A stretch of DNA of 64,000 nucleotides from positions 45,767 to 109,766 of the forward strand of contig JBDRHG010000004.1 of assembly GCA_043817075.1 (NCBI GenBank), read 5' to 3'. The notes under the pieces were generated by a model. The model worked only from the letters and a program-made list of their open reading frames with translations. It made no database searches and was not told the origin of the DNA. Positions 62,027 to 64,000 of the stretch are shown here, piece by piece. A program made the position numbers and the translations under genes. Within the stretch, counting starts at the first letter, position 1; each line of letters opens with the position of its first letter. The DNA is from an archaeon. Lineage in GTDB: Archaea; Nanobdellota; Nanobdellia; Woesearchaeales; JAADFO01.

Positions 62027-63355
62027 ATGTCTGAGCCCTCTCCTGATCCCTCACGGAAGAACCCGCCGCTCATCACCGGCGATCGCATATTGGTCCTGGT
62101 CATGGTCGCCATACTGCTCCTCAACAGCCTGAGCCTGGTCGGCATCTTCTTCGGTGTGCATCGCGCCGTCACCGAGGACGTGAAGGTGGCGGGCGGCAAT
62201 TTCGAGCTCTCAGTCGTGGCGGCCGATCGCTTCTTCAAGGGCGAGGATGTCTATGACTTCCAGTCCACGGTCGAGCTCAACGGCTATTTCGCCTACACGC
62301 CGTTGATGATACTCTTCGGCGCTGCGCTATCACACATCTTCTATCCGCTGCGCTATCTCTTCCTGCTCGTCGGCATGGTCCCGCTCACGCTCCTGTTCGC
62401 ACGATCCCTCGCATCACGCATCTCTCCTGCGCTCAAAGACCGAAAGCGTCTGATGGTGTGGGCCTTTGTCGCGGTCGCCATGTCGAGTCCGCTTCTCCGG
62501 CAGCTGGCGTGGGGACACTATATCGTGCTCGGCCTGGGTGCCTTCGGACTTTTTTTGCTCTTCGCCGACACGCGGCCAAAGCTCGCAGGATTCTTCTTCG
62601 GTCTCTCATGCAGCTTCTCGATATATTTCTTCATCTTCCACTACTATCTCTTCCTGCGCAAGCGTTTCTCGACCATGGTCGTCGCCTTGATCACCGCGGT
62701 CGGCACCTACGGAATCCTTCTCTTCAACAAGGCTTCGATGGCAGGATACGGAGTCATGCTCAAGACGCTCAACGAGCTTTCCATCGCACGGAAGGCCGGT
62801 TATCCCATCTACTTCACGATCCGTGACATACAGAACTGGCTGGGAGGCGACCTCATCGGGCAGTTCCTCCCCTACGCTGTCATCGGCATCCTCTTGGTGC
62901 TCTTCTCGGCCAATGCCTTCTTCAAGAGCCGCTGGGACGAACGGATGGTCAGGCTCAACCTCGCATTGCTCGCGACGGTCTTCATCCTCGCTGATCCCTG
63001 GCTATCTGACCATCACATCCCCATCATCCTCATCGCCATACCATTGCTCATCGGAGAGCCTGGCTGGAAATGGGTGCTTCCCATCGGCTACCTCTTCACC
63101 AATGCCCGCATCGACCTTCCTTTCCTGGCCTGGCTGGGGCTACAGACCGAACAAGGGATCACCGATCCCACCATCGGCGGCATCGTCTGGTTCTCCTTCA
63201 TACGCTATGCCGGAGCCCTGCTGCTCTTCGTCTATATACTCTGGCTGAAGCGAAAGGACCTATCGGGGACGATCCAGGAGATACGGCTGCTTCCCAAGAC
63301 CGTCAAGGGCTGGTTCTGTCCACGACCAGGATCACACCGGCAGAAAGGAGCATAA
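62027..63355 (+). CDS. polytopic membrane protein, DUF2029/GT87-like glycosyltransferase candidate
   Basis: 442 aa from ATG 62027. ..GNFELSVVAADRFFKGEDVYDF.....NGYFAYTPL resembles the first-loop region of DUF2029/GT87 mannosyltransferase-like proteins. About 11 TM helices. The 808-aa track ORF's 5' part is antisense to two GT genes. Confidence 0.55.
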   Translation: MSEPSPDPSRKNPPLITGDRILVLVMVAILLLNSLSLVGIFFGVHRAVTEDVKVAGGNFELSVVAADRFFKGEDVYDFQSTVELNGYFAYTPLMILFGAALSHIFYPLRYLFLLVGMVPLTLLFARSLASRISPALKDRKRLMVWAFVAVAMSSPLLRQLAWGHYIVLGLGAFGLFLLFADTRPKLAGFFFGLSCSFSIYFFIFHYYLFLRKRFSTMVVALITAVGTYGILLFNKASMAGYGVMLKTLNELSIARKAGYPIYFTIRDIQNWLGGDLIGQFLPYAVIGILLVLFSANAFFKSRWDERMVRLNLALLATVFILADPWLSDHHIPIILIAIPLLIGEPGWKWVLPIGYLFTNARIDLPFLAWLGLQTEQGITDPTIGGIVWFSFIRYAGALLLFVYILWLKRKDLSGTIQEIRLLPKTVKGWFCPRPGSHRQKGA

Positions 63356-63409
63356 CACATTTAAATGGGCGCTGAATCATCCAGATTACGGTAAAGAGGG
63401 GGATATATC

Positions 63410-64000
63410 ATGGATACAGACGAGACACTTGACAAGATAAAACCCATCATCAAGGCATTCTACTCAGAGAGACTGGCGGAATGGGACACCTTCGATCCGG
63501 ATAAGGATCCGGTCCCGGTCGGCTGGCCCATTTACGACGATGAAGAGGTCGCAGGGGTCCTCAAGGCATTGCTCGAATTCCGTCTGTCAAAAGGCCCCTA
63601 TGTCAAGGCATTCGAGGAGGAATACGCCGTCTATCAGCAGACCAAGCACGCCACCGCGGTCAATTCCGGCACATCCGCCAACATCATCGCAATCCAATGC
63701 CTCATCGAGAAAGGTTTGCTCAAGAAGGGCCAGGAGATCATCATCCCTGCGGCCACCTTCTCAGCTGTTGCGTCCCCGATCCTGCAGAACGGCTGCATCC
63801 CGGTCTATGTCGATGTCGAGAAGGATTCATACAACATCGATCCCAAGGAGGTGGAGAAGGCAATCTCCGACAAGACCGGTGCCATCATGCCGGTGCACAG
63901 TCTCGGTAACCCGTGCGACATCGAGGCCATCATGGCAATCGCGCAGAAGCATAACCTTCCGGTCATCGAGGACCTCTGCGAGAGCCATGGCGCCATGGTC
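63410..64000 (+). CDS. DegT/DnrJ/EryC1/StrS-family sugar aminotransferase (5' part, truncated by the window end)
   Basis: Open frame from ATG 63410 to the window edge; not in the ORF track because it has no stop. ..FE.EYA.Y...KHATAVNSGTSANIIA...L......L.KG.EIIIPA.TF.A...PI.QNG..PV.VDV....YNIDP..VEKAI..KT.AIMPVH.LGNPCD...I..IA.KH.L.VIEDLCESHGA is typical of the family. Confidence 0.85.
   Translation, partial: MDTDETLDKIKPIIKAFYSERLAEWDTFDPDKDPVPVGWPIYDDEEVAGVLKALLEFRLSKGPYVKAFEEEYAVYQQTKHATAVNSGTSANIIAIQCLIEKGLLKKGQEIIIPAATFSAVASPILQNGCIPVYVDVEKDSYNIDPKEVEKAISDKTGAIMPVHSLGNPCDIEAIMAIAQKHNLPVIEDLCESHGAMV

Noticed and set aside
31062-64000. Bacterial contamination or chimeric assembly as the explanation for the GT9/ADP-heptose/FemAB-type genes
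   Set aside because: The island shares the same TATA-box-to-ATG spacing and similar base composition as the archaeal housekeeping half, and there is no abrupt junction. This still deserves a coverage or paired-read check.

Overview
All calls rest on reading the six-frame translations and the DNA by eye; no BLAST, HMM or folding was run. The window looks like a single archaeal contig. Evidence: the S13-S4-S11-RpoD-tRNALeu-L18e-L13-S9-RpoN cluster, an archaeal-type SRP (7S) RNA, archaeal/eukaryal-type TrpRS and LeuRS, a presenilin-like protease, and TATA boxes about 20-27 nt upstream of many ATGs, which suggests leaderless mRNAs.

The left part (1-25 kb) is mostly housekeeping: trpS, pdxST, NAD kinase, leuS and ribosomal/RNAP genes. 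It also holds a few more AT-rich accessory patches, a frameshifted secreted hydrolase-like pseudogene, a radical SAM enzyme with an unrecognised N-terminal half, and a large HprK/PEPCK-like P-loop protein.

The right part (25.7-64 kb) is a cell-envelope region. It opens with a four-gene module at 25.7-31 kb that I cannot assign to any named family: two paralogous sequon-rich secreted proteins of about 230 aa, followed by two paralogous C-terminally anchored proteins of about 570 aa. This is my best candidate for an undescribed surface system.

That module is followed by a glycan-biosynthesis island of about 33 kb. The island has about 7 GT2, 3 GT4, 1 GT9 and several large polytopic membrane proteins, plus methyltransferases, a deacetylase/FemAB-like/AsnB trio and a DegT aminotransferase. 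It also carries two separate nucleotide-heptose pathways, one ADP-heptose-like and one GDP-heptose-like, and an RHH-nucleotidyltransferase fusion that looks like a pathway regulator.

No CRISPR array, integrase or transposase was seen.
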